From the NCBI GenBank assembly GCA_040396875.1, contig JBBAWZ010000001.1, positions 39,384 through 103,383 on the forward strand: DNA of 64,000 nucleotides, written 5' to 3'. A program made the position numbers and the translations under genes. Numbering within the stretch: the first letter of the stretch is position 1; each line of letters starts with the position of its first letter. This document shows, piece by piece, positions 40,574 to 51,063 of the stretch. Under the pieces are notes generated by a model. The model did no database searches and was not told where the DNA came from. It saw only the letters and a list, made by a program, of their open reading frames with translations. Origin of the DNA: Bacilli bacterium. GTDB taxonomy: Bacteria; Bacillota_I; Bacilli_A; RFN20; CAG-826.

Positions 40574-41417
40574 GTAAGCGATGATACATATTGGGTCGAC
40601 GATCACGGAATACACCCCAAGAGTAACGCATTTTATCAATCGCATCTAAATCAAACGTTTGTTGAATAAAGCCAGTTTTTACACGGTCCATTTGTTGAAG
40701 AATGGAACCATCATAATTGGTAATAAAACTTGTCCCATAAAACGTCATGTGATGTTCACCATATGTTTCTTTACCAATGCGATTGGCAGCAATTAAAGGG
40801 GTAAGGTTAGCAGCCGCATGACCCATCATCGTATGTTGCCAATGGGGTTGAGAATCGATAGGTAAGGTTGGTTCAGAACCGATAGCCGTTGGATAGAGGA
40901 GTAATTCTGCTCCTTCAAGCGCTAAAATTCTAGCGACTTCAGGAAACCATTGATCCCAACAAATCGCAACACCGAGGTTCGCAAATTTAGTTTTGAAGAC
41001 TTGTAAAGGAGTGTCTCCGGGGGTGAAATAAAACTTTTCTTGATAAGAGTCACCGGTTGGAATGTGCATCTTTCGATATTGACCTAGGATAGAACCATCT
41101 GCATCGATAATCGCAATAGAATTAAAGAAAACTTGATTAGCGCGTTCAAAATAGGATATTGGAAGGACAACATTCAAAGACTTTGCAAGTTGTTGAAAGT
41201 ATTGTAAATCTGGATTGTTTTCAAATGGTTTTGCCATTGAAAAATGATCATAATTCTCAATTTGGCAAAAATATTTACTCATAAATAGCTCTGGAAGCAA
41301 AATGATATTCGCGCCTCGCTTTGCTGCTTGTTTGACTAATTCAGTGGCCAGTTCAATATTTTGCTTATGATTTTCGCTCATTGCCATTTGAATGGCACTA
41401 ACTGTGACTTGGCGCAT
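40563..41417 (-). CDS. aguB: N-carbamoylputrescine amidase (carbon-nitrogen hydrolase family)
   Basis: Nitrilase-superfamily triad context (ILLPELF; ...CWDQWFPE) with high similarity to N-carbamoylputrescine amidohydrolases. Confidence 0.8.
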   Translation of the reverse strand: MRQVTVSAIQMAMSENHKQNIELATELVKQAAKRGANIILLPELFMSKYFCQIENYDHFSMAKPFENNPDLQYFQQLAKSLNVVLPISYFERANQVFFNSIAIIDADGSILGQYRKMHIPTGDSYQEKFYFTPGDTPLQVFKTKFANLGVAICWDQWFPEVARILALEGAELLLYPTAIGSEPTLPIDSQPHWQHTMMGHAAANLTPLIAANRIGKETYGEHHMTFYGTSFITNYDGSILQQMDRVKTGFIQQTFDLDAIDKMRYSWGVFRDRRPNMYHRLLKK

Positions 41418-41419
41418 GA

Positions 41420-42520
41420 CTATAAGACCCCTTTAGGAATTTGTTGCGTAATACAGTGAATATTGCCACCGCCTAAAAGCACTTCTTTGGTATCTAACAT
41501 GATAATTTTACGGCCTGGTAATGCTTCTTTGAGTTGTTGAAGGGCAATGTCATCGGTTTTTTGATTAAATTTAGGGACAATCACCGCACCATTCACAAAA
41601 TAAAGGTTAAGATAGGATGCAGCAAGTCTTTCATTCATCGGTCGATTTTTACTTGATGAAGTAGGGGTTAGCCCTGCAGATTCAAAATAAGTACGATGGA
41701 TCGCCTTGGGCATCACCACGGTGGTAATCTTTAATGGCTTATCTTCGACATTAGTTTGAGCTCTTAATGCTGTCAAGGTTGCTTGTGAAAGAGGTTGCTG
41801 TGCGTCTCGAGGATCAACAGCTTCCGCAACAAGAACATGTCCAGGACCAATAAAGGTGGCGACATTATCAACATGCTCTTTTGTTTCATCATTATAGATT
41901 CCACGAGGTAACCAAATCATTTTCTTACCGCCTAACATATCTAAAAGTTTGGTTTCGATTTGTTTTTTGGTTAATTTTGGATTTCTACCTTTATGCAAGA
42001 GGTTGTATTCGGTAGCCATAACCAATCCTTCGCCATCCACATGGAAGGCACCACCCTCCATGACAAAAGAGTCAGTGCGATAACTGTCTAATTGATAACG
42101 TAATGATAATTTTTGAGCTAAGGCATCATCAAGATTCCAAGGAGCATAAAGTCCAAAGTCTTTACCACCATATGCATTGAATTCCCAATCAATGGTTCTA
42201 AACTCGCCTAATTTATTCTTAACAAAGGTTGGACCTGTATCTCTGACCCATGCGTCATCATAATCTACTTGAAAGAAAGTAATGTTTTTAATCTTTGTTT
42301 TTTCGAATTGACTCCAAATAGAACTATGAACGCCAATAAAAACAGGTTCAAATTTGGAAATTTCTTTTGCAATTTTAATGAAAACCTCTTGGGCTTCTTT
42401 GGCTTGGTTACGCCAAACATCCCCACGATGTGGCATAAGCATGAGGGTACCGTCATGACTGGAAAACTCAGCAGGCATGAAATAGCCATCTTTTGAAGGG
42501 GAAATTAATTTAGTTTTCAT
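41420..42520 (-). CDS. aguA: agmatine deiminase
   Basis: Agmatine deiminase signatures MPAEFSSHDGT and the C-terminal catalytic Cys GGGNIHCITQQ. Confidence 0.85.
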   Translation of the reverse strand: MKTKLISPSKDGYFMPAEFSSHDGTLMLMPHRGDVWRNQAKEAQEVFIKIAKEISKFEPVFIGVHSSIWSQFEKTKIKNITFFQVDYDDAWVRDTGPTFVKNKLGEFRTIDWEFNAYGGKDFGLYAPWNLDDALAQKLSLRYQLDSYRTDSFVMEGGAFHVDGEGLVMATEYNLLHKGRNPKLTKKQIETKLLDMLGGKKMIWLPRGIYNDETKEHVDNVATFIGPGHVLVAEAVDPRDAQQPLSQATLTALRAQTNVEDKPLKITTVVMPKAIHRTYFESAGLTPTSSSKNRPMNERLAASYLNLYFVNGAVIVPKFNQKTDDIALQQLKEALPGRKIIMLDTKEVLLGGGNIHCITQQIPKGVL

Positions 42521-42562
42521 TAAGATAATTTTACAACAAATTAAGGTTAAAGTTAACCAAAA

Positions 42563-42841
42563 CTATTGTGCTGATGTCTTAGATTGAGTATTAAAAAAAG
42601 TCATTAATCTAGATTTTTGTCTAGAAGCGGTTTGAGATTTTTGAATACCATGGGCAACTGATTTATCAATGAGTTTGATTGCTTGATTTAATGCTAATGT
42701 GGCACCTGGAAGATCTTTTTTAGCTAATAAGGCTTTAGTTTTCTTCATCGCCGTTCTCATACTTGCCTTAAATGTAAAATTATGTTCTTCCGCCTTGAGA
42801 TTGGTTTGAATACGTTTGGTTTGAGACTTAATATTAGCCAT
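42563..42841 (-). CDS. rpsT: 30S ribosomal protein S20
   Basis: S20 family (MANIKSQTKR...). Confidence 0.85.
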   Translation of the reverse strand: MANIKSQTKRIQTNLKAEEHNFTFKASMRTAMKKTKALLAKKDLPGATLALNQAIKLIDKSVAHGIQKSQTASRQKSRLMTFFNTQSKTSAQ

Positions 42842-43003
42842 AAAGACCTCTTTTCTAGATTATTTTATCATATATCAAGCATCATTCAATCAAAATCCAT
42901 GTTCCTAAAAATCTAAATGGTATGAAATTTTTAAGAAACTAGAAAACTTGACATAATTAAGTGGAGTGATAACATAGGAGCATACGTTAAAGGAGACCTT
43001 GCT

Positions 43004-43234
43004 ATGGTTTTAGAAAAAATTCGCGAAGTTGTTGCAAAGAAATTTAAAGTCCAACCAGCAAAAGTTAATGCCACCACACGTTTAAGAGAAGATCTCAATG
43101 TAGACTCTCTTGATGCAGTGGAATTGATTATGGAATTAGAAGATACGTTTAAAGTTAAGATTGGTGATGATGAAGCACAAAAGCTCAAAACAATCGGAGA
43201 TATTGTTAACTTTATTAAACCAAAAGTTAAGTAA
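43004..43234 (+). CDS. acpP: acyl carrier protein
   Basis: Phosphopantetheine attachment site LNVDSLD. Confidence 0.9.
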   Translation: MVLEKIREVVAKKFKVQPAKVNATTRLREDLNVDSLDAVELIMELEDTFKVKIGDDEAQKLKTIGDIVNFIKPKVK

Positions 43235-43239
43235 TTTTT

Positions 43240-43707
43240 ATGGATTTTAAAAAGGTTCAGGATTTAATCAAGTATTTTGAGTCGTCTAAATTGACGACAA
43301 TGACCATCGAAGATGGGACATTTAAACTTTCCCTTTCGAAATTAAAAGAAACCTTTGTTTCAGAACCAAAAAATGTCGTTACAAATGAACCTAAAATTTT
43401 ACCACCTAATGTAAATCCAAAAGCTCAGACGAACGTTGCCAACAAACCCACAGAAGATATTTTGCTAAAGGATGTTACCTCGCCTTTAGTTGGAACTTAT
43501 TATGCTGCGAGTTCACCAACATCTGAACCATTCGTTAAAATTGGTCAACGTGTGAACAAGGGCCAAACCGTTTGTATTGTAGAAGCGATGAAAATAATGA
43601 ATGAAATTGCTTCTCCATTCTCGGGAGTGGTTGAAAAAATTAATTGTAAAAATGGTGACGTGGTTGGTTTCAACCAAGTTGTTATTTCACTTCGACCACA
43701 GGAGTAA
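43240..43707 (+). CDS. accB: biotin carboxyl carrier protein of acetyl-CoA carboxylase
   Basis: Biotinyl-lysine motif EAMKIMNEI. Confidence 0.85.
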   Translation: MDFKKVQDLIKYFESSKLTTMTIEDGTFKLSLSKLKETFVSEPKNVVTNEPKILPPNVNPKAQTNVANKPTEDILLKDVTSPLVGTYYAASSPTSEPFVKIGQRVNKGQTVCIVEAMKIMNEIASPFSGVVEKINCKNGDVVGFNQVVISLRPQE

Positions 43708-43709
43708 AT

Positions 43710-45071
43710 ATGGCAGAAAAACTTCTCGTCGCCAACCGCGGGGAGATTGCAGTGCGGGTCATTAGAGCCTGCAAGGAACTTTCCATTCCAACCGTTGCAG
43801 TTTATTCAACAGCTGATCGCGATACAATGGCAGTGAAATTAGCCGATGAATCCATTTGTATTGGTGAAGCAAGGTCAAAAAATAGTTATCTTAACATTAA
43901 TAATGTCATTTCCGCAGCAGTTGCCACGGGTGCAACTCTGATTCACCCAGGTTATGGGTTTTTGTCTGAAAACGAACAATTTGCTGAAATTGTGGCAAGT
44001 TGTGGTTTAAAGTTCGTAGGTCCTTCTGCAAACGCGATACGTCAAATTGGTGATAAAGCTTCAGCAAAAGTAATTGCTAGAAAAGCTGGTGTACCCATTA
44101 TCGAAGGTTCAGAAGGTATTGTTGAAAACCTTGAAGAAGGTTTAAATGTTGCTAAAAAAGTAGGATTTCCCGTCATGATTAAAGCCACTTCAGGTGGTGG
44201 TGGACGCGGTATTTCAATTATTCGCTCAGAAAAAGAATTTAGAGATGTCTTTGATCGCACTTCGATGGAAGCAGAAGCAAGTTTTGGAGATAAAAATCTC
44301 TATGTTGAAAAATACATTGAAAATCCACGTCATATCGAAATCCAAATTTTATGTGATAGTTTTGGCTCCTGTGTTTATTTAGGTGAAAGAGATTGCTCGT
44401 TACAAAGACGAAACCAAAAGATGGTTGAAGAAGGACCATCACCCGTTATTGATTCTCGATTGCGTAAAAAAATGGGCGAAGCAGCGGTTAAGCTAGCTAA
44501 AGCCGTGGGTTATGTGAATGCTGGAACCATCGAGTTTCTTGTCGATAAAAATTTAAATTATTATTTTATTGAAATGAATACCCGGATTCAAGTTGAACAT
44601 CCAGTCACCGAATTTATTACCGGTATTGACCTTGTGAAAGAACAAATCAAAATTGCTTTGGGTAAGAAATTACCTTTCACACAACGTCAAATCAAAATAA
44701 CAGGTCATGCAATTGAATGCCGTATTAATGCTGAAGATGTTAAAGCAAACTTTAGACCTGCCCCTGGTAAAATCACTCAATTAATCATGCCTGGAGGTAT
44801 TGGTGTACGAATTGATACCCATATTTATCCTGGATATGAAGTACCACCCTTTTATGATTCCATGATTGCAAAATTGATTGTCCATGCTCCAACTCGAAAA
44901 GAAGCGATTCGAAAAATGCTTGTTGCTCTCGAACAATTCATGGTCGATGGCATCACCACCAATATTGAATTCCATTATTCATTACTACACACACAAGAAT
45001 TTATTTCCGGTAATGTTGATACCGGATTTGTTGCAAGATTTTTAGAAAGAATTAAGGACATGCATGAGTGA
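43710..45071 (+). CDS. accC: biotin carboxylase
   Basis: ATP-grasp biotin carboxylase, full length. Confidence 0.95.
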   Translation: MAEKLLVANRGEIAVRVIRACKELSIPTVAVYSTADRDTMAVKLADESICIGEARSKNSYLNINNVISAAVATGATLIHPGYGFLSENEQFAEIVASCGLKFVGPSANAIRQIGDKASAKVIARKAGVPIIEGSEGIVENLEEGLNVAKKVGFPVMIKATSGGGGRGISIIRSEKEFRDVFDRTSMEAEASFGDKNLYVEKYIENPRHIEIQILCDSFGSCVYLGERDCSLQRRNQKMVEEGPSPVIDSRLRKKMGEAAVKLAKAVGYVNAGTIEFLVDKNLNYYFIEMNTRIQVEHPVTEFITGIDLVKEQIKIALGKKLPFTQRQIKITGHAIECRINAEDVKANFRPAPGKITQLIMPGGIGVRIDTHIYPGYEVPPFYDSMIAKLIVHAPTRKEAIRKMLVALEQFMVDGITTNIEFHYSLLHTQEFISGNVDTGFVARFLERIKDMHE

Positions 45072-45948
45072 TATTTTTGCTAAACAAAAACCTAAACTTC
45101 GCACCTTCTTAAAAGTTGCGGAAAAACCCATTCCAAAAAACCAAATTGACATACCAGATGGTTTATTTATTGAGTGTGAACAATGTCACTCTGCCATTTA
45201 TCAAAAGGCACTTGTTGAAAACCTATCCGTTTGCCCTCATTGCCAATTTCATTTCCGTTTAAATGCTAGAGATCGCATCCAATTGGTCGTCGATCAAAAC
45301 TCTTTTGTTGAAATCGATGCCACTCTAACATCTAAAAACCCTTTATCCATGCCTGAATATGATCAAAAATTAGCCGTTTCTAAAAAAAGTACGGGACAAC
45401 CTGAAGCGTTTATATCTGGTCGTGCACTTATTCAAAACTTACCGGTGGCAATTGGGGTTCTCGATTCCTTTTTTATGATGGGTTCCATGGGTTCTGTTGT
45501 CGGTGAAAAAATTACCCGTTTGATTGAATATGCAGGTCAACAACATTTACCTTTAATTATTTTCTCTGCAAGTGGCGGCGCTAGAATGCAAGAAGGTATT
45601 TTATCACTGATGCAAATGGTGAAAACCTCTGCTGCACTCAAAAAACTTGATCAACTTGGTGGCTTGTTTATTTCTGTTCTTACCCATCCAACCACGGGTG
45701 GTGTTGCAGCAAGTTATGCTTCGCTTGGTGATGTAATTGTTGCCGAACACGGCGCTTTAATTGGATTTGCCGGGGCGCGTGTAATTAAGCAAACCATTCA
45801 ACAAGATTTACCAGAAGGATTTCAAACTGCGGCTTTTCAATTAAAGCATGGTCAAGTTGATCTTGTTGTCGAACGTAAACAATTAAAACAATCCTTAATT
45901 CAATTATTAAGATTCCATGGCGTCAATGGAGAACAACCACGTGAATAA
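45064..45948 (+). CDS. accD: acetyl-CoA carboxylase carboxyltransferase beta subunit
   Basis: N-terminal Zn ribbon CEQCHS...CPHC plus the CT-beta domain. Confidence 0.9.
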   Translation: MSDIFAKQKPKLRTFLKVAEKPIPKNQIDIPDGLFIECEQCHSAIYQKALVENLSVCPHCQFHFRLNARDRIQLVVDQNSFVEIDATLTSKNPLSMPEYDQKLAVSKKSTGQPEAFISGRALIQNLPVAIGVLDSFFMMGSMGSVVGEKITRLIEYAGQQHLPLIIFSASGGARMQEGILSLMQMVKTSAALKKLDQLGGLFISVLTHPTTGGVAASYASLGDVIVAEHGALIGFAGARVIKQTIQQDLPEGFQTAAFQLKHGQVDLVVERKQLKQSLIQLLRFHGVNGEQPRE

Positions 45949-46777
45949 TAACGAAGAAAAAGTTTGGGAAAAAATTAGACTTGCTCGTCATCCAAAGCGA
46001 CCAACGGCTTCTGTTTTAATTAAACAATTATTTCCTGACTTTATTGAGTTACACGGTGATCGACAATTTGGAGATGATTCATCTCTCATTGGTGGTTTAG
46101 CCACCTTTATGGGTCAATCAATCACCATCATTGCACAAGAAAAAGGTTCCTCCACGGATGAAAAAATAGCAAGAAATTTTGGCATGCCTCATCCAGAAGG
46201 TTATCGAAAAGCCTTACGATTAATGAAACAAGCGGAAAAATTTCATCGTCCTATTATTTTTATCATTGATACCCCTGGAGCCTATCCAGGCATCGGTGCA
46301 GAAGAACGTGGTCAAGCGCAAGCGATTGCCTATAATTTATTTGAGATGATCGCTATTCAAACTCCGATGATTGGGATTGTCCTCTCTGAAGGTGGGTCTG
46401 GTGGAGCATTAGCGATTGGTGTAACCGATACATTATTAATGCTTGAAAATAGTGTTTATTCCATTATTTCTCCAGAAGGTTTTGCTTCAATTTTATTCAA
46501 AGATTCAACCAAAGCAAAAGCTGCCGCGGCACTGATGAAATTAACGGCAGATGATTTGTTATCTTTTGGTATTATCGACGGCATTATTCCTGAAGCTAAA
46601 GGCGGTTTTCATGAAGATGTTAATTTTACCTTAACGCAACTGAGAATTTTATTACAAAAATATTTAAAGCAATTATTGAAATTGACACCTGCAACATTAT
46701 TAAAGAACCGCGAAAAGAAATTTAGAGACTTTGGTGTATTTGAAGAGCAAACATTGGAGAAAAAGAATGGAAAATAA
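45926..46777 (+). CDS. accA: acetyl-CoA carboxylase carboxyltransferase alpha subunit
   Basis: CT-alpha family. Start set at MENNHVNNNEEK, overlapping the accD 3' end. Confidence 0.85.
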   Translation: MENNHVNNNEEKVWEKIRLARHPKRPTASVLIKQLFPDFIELHGDRQFGDDSSLIGGLATFMGQSITIIAQEKGSSTDEKIARNFGMPHPEGYRKALRLMKQAEKFHRPIIFIIDTPGAYPGIGAEERGQAQAIAYNLFEMIAIQTPMIGIVLSEGGSGGALAIGVTDTLLMLENSVYSIISPEGFASILFKDSTKAKAAAALMKLTADDLLSFGIIDGIIPEAKGGFHEDVNFTLTQLRILLQKYLKQLLKLTPATLLKNREKKFRDFGVFEEQTLEKKNGK

Positions 46778-47705
46778 GTTAACAATTAAGCTCATCGGCA
46801 CTGGTAAATACGTTCCCAAAGGTTTAATTACCAATGCGGATTTAGAAAAAATGGTCGATACCACGGATGAATGGATTCTCACGCACACTGGTATTAAAAC
46901 ACGTCACAAAGTTGAGGGTGAAACCACAGCAGATTTAGCTTATCAAGCTGCCCTTAATGCCATTGAAAAGGCTAAATTTGATAAAGAAATGATCGATGCG
47001 ATTATTGTTGCTACCATTACCCCAGATTTTGCTTCACCCAGTATGGCAGCAGTAGTTCAAGCCCGCCTTGGTCTTAATCATCGTGACATTACTTGCTTTG
47101 ACATTAATGCTGCTTGTACAGGTTTTGTCTATGCTTTACAAGTTGCAGCCGCGTTATTAAATAGTCCTAAATATCGTCATATCCTTGTTATTGGTGCAGA
47201 AACCTTAACAAAAATTATGGATTATACCGATCGTAATACGTGTATTTTGTTCGGTGATGGTGCAGGTGCTTTGCTCGTGGGTCGTGGACAAGCCCACCAA
47301 ACTGTTTCATTTTACACAGCTTCAGAAGGTGATATGGAAGATGTATTATCGGTTAAAGAAGTGTTAAGAATGCAAGGTAGAAGGGTTTTTAAATTTGCAA
47401 TCAATGCAATAGAAAAATCAATCAATCGTTTATTAGAACTCGATGGTAGTCGTTTGGACATGGTAACGAAAATAATTCCACATCAGGCAAATTACCGGAT
47501 CATCGAAGGTGTGGCAGAATTAAAAAAATTACCTTTAAATAAATTTTTCCTAAATCTTGAACATTACGGTAATACCTCTGCTGCTTCGATTCCAATTGCC
47601 CTTGATGAATATGTTGCAGCCTCTCCACTACAACCAGGAAGTAAACTTATGCTAGTCGGCTTTGGAGCAGGTTTAACATGGGGTGGAGCTTTAATAAATC
47701 TATGA
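46770..47705 (+). CDS. fabH: 3-oxoacyl-ACP synthase III
   Basis: FabH catalytic triad regions (active-site Cys in NAACTGF, plus H and N). Start at MENKLTIKLIG. Confidence 0.9.
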   Translation, partial: ENKLTIKLIGTGKYVPKGLITNADLEKMVDTTDEWILTHTGIKTRHKVEGETTADLAYQAALNAIEKAKFDKEMIDAIIVATITPDFASPSMAAVVQARLGLNHRDITCFDINAACTGFVYALQVAAALLNSPKYRHILVIGAETLTKIMDYTDRNTCILFGDGAGALLVGRGQAHQTVSFYTASEGDMEDVLSVKEVLRMQGRRVFKFAINAIEKSINRLLELDGSRLDMVTKIIPHQANYRIIEGVAELKKLPLNKFFLNLEHYGNTSAASIPIALDEYVAASPLQPGSKLMLVGFGAGLTWGGALINL

Positions 47706-48637
47706 AAAAATTTGCGGTTTTGTTTGCAGGTCAAGGTGCTCAAACAATCGGTATGGGTTTATCTGCTCTCAATGAAACCCCAGCACTCATGGATTATTAC
47801 AAGAGTATCCAACAACATGTTTCTTTTGATTTAAAAGGGATTTTAAGCGGTCAACTTGCCGGTTTAAATCAAACGGAATATACCCAACCTTCTTTGCTCG
47901 CAACCTCATTATTGTATTACCGTCAATTACAACATTTATTTCCTATCAAACCTCAATATTTGATAGGTTTTTCGCTTGGAGAATACACAGCGTTACACAT
48001 TGCTGGTCATCTTGATTTAGCCACTACACTAACATTAATTCAAGTTCGTGCCAATGCGATGGCAGCTGCAAGCCGCTCTAATCCTGGGACCATGGCAGCG
48101 ATTATCGGTTTAGCAACGCCAACATTAGAAGCGTTATGTCTTCAAGTTAATAAACCAAATCATCAAGTAATCATCGCGAATTATAATTGTCCTGGACAAC
48201 TGGTCATTTCTGGTCATGAACTCGCAGTTAAAGAAGTGATGGCCCTAGCAACTGCTAATGGCGCAAAAAGAGCAATCCCTCTTAATGTTTCAGGTGCTTT
48301 TCATTCTCCGTTGATGTCCGATGCAGCTCAAGCATTAACAAAGGCTTTTGCTTCCATTCGTTTTCAAGCGAGTCAAATTCCTTTGATTTTTAACTGGACC
48401 GGTAAACCTTTATCTCAGCTTTCAGATCTTCCTCATTATCTTGTTCAACAAGTTCAATCGTCGGTTCAATTCGAAAATTCAATCCGTTATTTATCATCCC
48501 AACAAATTGATACCTTTATTGAAATCGGTCCTGGAACCGTTCTTGCTGGTCTAGTGAAAAAGATTCTTCCAGATGCTAAAGTAGTGTCATATAACGGTCA
48601 ACAAGATCTTCCATCTGTAAAGGAGTTACTTTCATGA
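47702..48637 (+). CDS. fabD: malonyl-CoA:ACP transacylase
   Basis: GQGAQ and GFSLGEY active-site Ser motif. Confidence 0.9.
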   Translation: MKKFAVLFAGQGAQTIGMGLSALNETPALMDYYKSIQQHVSFDLKGILSGQLAGLNQTEYTQPSLLATSLLYYRQLQHLFPIKPQYLIGFSLGEYTALHIAGHLDLATTLTLIQVRANAMAAASRSNPGTMAAIIGLATPTLEALCLQVNKPNHQVIIANYNCPGQLVISGHELAVKEVMALATANGAKRAIPLNVSGAFHSPLMSDAAQALTKAFASIRFQASQIPLIFNWTGKPLSQLSDLPHYLVQQVQSSVQFENSIRYLSSQQIDTFIEIGPGTVLAGLVKKILPDAKVVSYNGQQDLPSVKELLS

Positions 48638-49380
48638 ATGATTTAAAGAAAGTTGCGATTGTCACTGGTGGTGCAACCGGCATTGGTTTGGCAATTAGTC
48701 TTCAACTTGCTCAAGATGGGTTTACGATTGTTGTGAATTACCATTCATCGGCCCAAGCTGCTCACGATTTAGTCAAACAAATTCAAGGTATGGGTGGACA
48801 AGCGCTTGCAGTTCAAGCAGACCTGAGTAAGGTTACTGAAGCTGAAAAGTTAATTAAAATCACATTAGACACTTACCAAAGACTTGATGTTGTGGTCAAT
48901 AATGCTGGTATCACCGATGATACTTTGATGTTAAGAATGAGTGAAACTCAATTCGATCGTGTCATTGAAACCAATTTAAAAGGTGTTTGGGCTATGTGCA
49001 AATATGCTTTAAAACCCCTCATGCAAGCCGGTAATGGACGTATCATTAATATCGCCTCTGTTGCTGGGATGATGGGAAATATTGGTCAAGCAAACTATGC
49101 AGCAGCAAAAGCTGGTGTGATTGGTTTAACCAAAACTCTAGCCCGAGAAATGGCATCAAGAAATTTGACTGTCAATGTCGTTGCTCCTGGTTTTATTCAA
49201 ACGAATATGACTGCAAACTTATCACCTCAAATCAAAGAGGCTGCGTTAGCGATGATTCCTTTAAAGCGTTTTGGTATTCCTGAAGATATTGCACAAATGG
49301 TCAGCTACTTAGCTTCGAGTAAAGCCCAATATATCACCGGTCAAACCTTCGTTGTTGACGGTGGTATGACAATGTATTAA
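48634..49380 (+). CDS. fabG: 3-oxoacyl-ACP reductase
   Basis: SDR fold: TGGATGIG, NNAG, YAAAK. Confidence 0.9.
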   Translation: MNDLKKVAIVTGGATGIGLAISLQLAQDGFTIVVNYHSSAQAAHDLVKQIQGMGGQALAVQADLSKVTEAEKLIKITLDTYQRLDVVVNNAGITDDTLMLRMSETQFDRVIETNLKGVWAMCKYALKPLMQAGNGRIINIASVAGMMGNIGQANYAAAKAGVIGLTKTLAREMASRNLTVNVVAPGFIQTNMTANLSPQIKEAALAMIPLKRFGIPEDIAQMVSYLASSKAQYITGQTFVVDGGMTMY

Positions 49381-49393
49381 AAGGGGGATGTTT

Positions 49394-50623
49394 ATGAAAA
49401 AAAGAGTCGTGATTACAGGTTTAGGCGCAGTCACTCCGATTGGCAATGATGTTCCATCCATGTGGCAAAACATGATGAAGGGGATGAATGGCATTGGGAT
49501 GATTTCTCTTTTTGATACTTCGACAAGTAAGGTTAAAGTTGCCGCAGAAGTAAAACACCTTGATCCATCCAAATATGTAGATGAAAGAAGTGCGTCTAAA
49601 TTGGATCGCGTCATTGTGTTAGGAATTTTAGCTGCTAGCGAAGCTTATGACGATGCAAAATTAACTCCAACTTCAGTTGACCCTTATCGCTTTGGAACCT
49701 TTGTAACCTCTGGGATCGGCGGATTAAATTCCATTTGGGCGGAATCTCAAGTCGCCATTTCTCGTGGGCTTGATCGGGTTTCCCCACACTTTATTACCAA
49801 CGCCATCATTAACTTAATTGGCGGTAATATTTCAATGCGTTTTAAAGCAAAAGGTCCCAACTTACCAGTTGTAACTGCGTGTTCAGCAAGCACCAATTCA
49901 ATTGGTGAAGCATTCCGTTATATTCGTGATGGTTATTTAGATGTGGCCTTCGCCGGTGGTTCTGAATCCTCCATTAACGCATTAGGGATTGCTGGTTTTG
50001 CGGTGATGAGAGCCTTACATAGTGGTGATAATCCTGCTCAAGCAAGTATGCCTTTTGATAAAAAACGATCTGGTTTTGTCATGGGTGAAGGTGCTGGGGT
50101 ATTAATTCTTGAAGAATACGACCACGCTAAAGCTCGTGGTGCAAAAATTTATGCTGAATTAGTGGGCTATGGATCAACCTCTGATGCCTTCCATGTTACT
50201 GCACCTGATGAAACCGCAGAAGGCATCAGTAAATGCATGGAATTAGCATTAAAGGATGCCAATCTACAACCTCAAGATATTGACTATATCAATGCTCACG
50301 GAACCTCTACTCCCTTAAATGATCGAATTGAAACACTTGGTATTAAGAAAGTTTTTGGTCAGCATGCCTATGCACTAAATGTTTCCAGTACAAAAGGGAT
50401 GACAGGTCATATGTTAGGTGCAACTGGAGCAGTTGAATCCATTGCTTGTATCTTGGCTTTAGTTAATCAAATCGTACCCCCAACCATTACGACCAATGAG
50501 TTAGGACCTGAATGCGATTTAAACTACACGTTGGGTAAACCCGCAAAAAGAAAAGTAAATTATGCATTGAATATTAATCTTGGTTTTGGTGGTCAAAATG
50601 CAGCCCTTATTTTTAAACGTTAA
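49394..50623 (+). CDS. fabF: 3-oxoacyl-ACP synthase II
   Basis: KAS I/II family (active-site Cys in TACSAS, plus HGTST and GH motifs). Confidence 0.9.
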   Translation: MKKRVVITGLGAVTPIGNDVPSMWQNMMKGMNGIGMISLFDTSTSKVKVAAEVKHLDPSKYVDERSASKLDRVIVLGILAASEAYDDAKLTPTSVDPYRFGTFVTSGIGGLNSIWAESQVAISRGLDRVSPHFITNAIINLIGGNISMRFKAKGPNLPVVTACSASTNSIGEAFRYIRDGYLDVAFAGGSESSINALGIAGFAVMRALHSGDNPAQASMPFDKKRSGFVMGEGAGVLILEEYDHAKARGAKIYAELVGYGSTSDAFHVTAPDETAEGISKCMELALKDANLQPQDIDYINAHGTSTPLNDRIETLGIKKVFGQHAYALNVSSTKGMTGHMLGATGAVESIACILALVNQIVPPTITTNELGPECDLNYTLGKPAKRKVNYALNINLGFGGQNAALIFKR

Positions 50624-50625
50624 CC

Positions 50626-51051
50626 ATGAAATATAACCTAAATCAAATTAAGAGTATTATTCCTCACCGAGAACCCTTTATTCTGATTGATCGTGTTACG
50701 GATAATGTTCCTCTTGTTGCCACAAGTGCTGAAAAAGATATTTTAAAAACTGAATTTTGGGTTCCTGGTCACTTTCCAAATAACCCCGTTTTTCCAGGCG
50801 TTTTAATGGTCGAAGCTTTTGCCCAAACTGGAGCGATTTGTATTTTGACTGCTCCACAATACCAAGGTAAAATTGGTTATTTTTCATCGATTCAAGAAGT
50901 AAAGTTTAAACGTCGTGTCATACCCGGAGATACTTTAAAACTTCATGTTAAATTTTTAAACGGCAAGGTAGGTTTTTTCTTTTTTGAAGGTGAAGCTTAT
51001 GTAGGTGATCAACTTGTTTGTTTAGCGAAATTTTCTGTTGCAGTAGGTTAG
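50626..51051 (+). CDS. fabZ: 3-hydroxyacyl-ACP dehydratase
   Basis: Hot-dog fold (HFPNNPVFPGVLMVEA). Confidence 0.9.
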   Translation: MKYNLNQIKSIIPHREPFILIDRVTDNVPLVATSAEKDILKTEFWVPGHFPNNPVFPGVLMVEAFAQTGAICILTAPQYQGKIGYFSSIQEVKFKRRVIPGDTLKLHVKFLNGKVGFFFFEGEAYVGDQLVCLAKFSVAVG

Positions 51052-51063
51052 GTTAATTCAAAC

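Noticed and set aside
42521-42562. Palindrome GGTTAAAGTTAACC between rpsT and aguA as a terminator
   Set aside because: The loop is too tight and there is no T-tract on the relevant (-) strand. It is more likely a spacer with an incidental palindrome, so rpsT-aguA-aguB may be co-transcribed.
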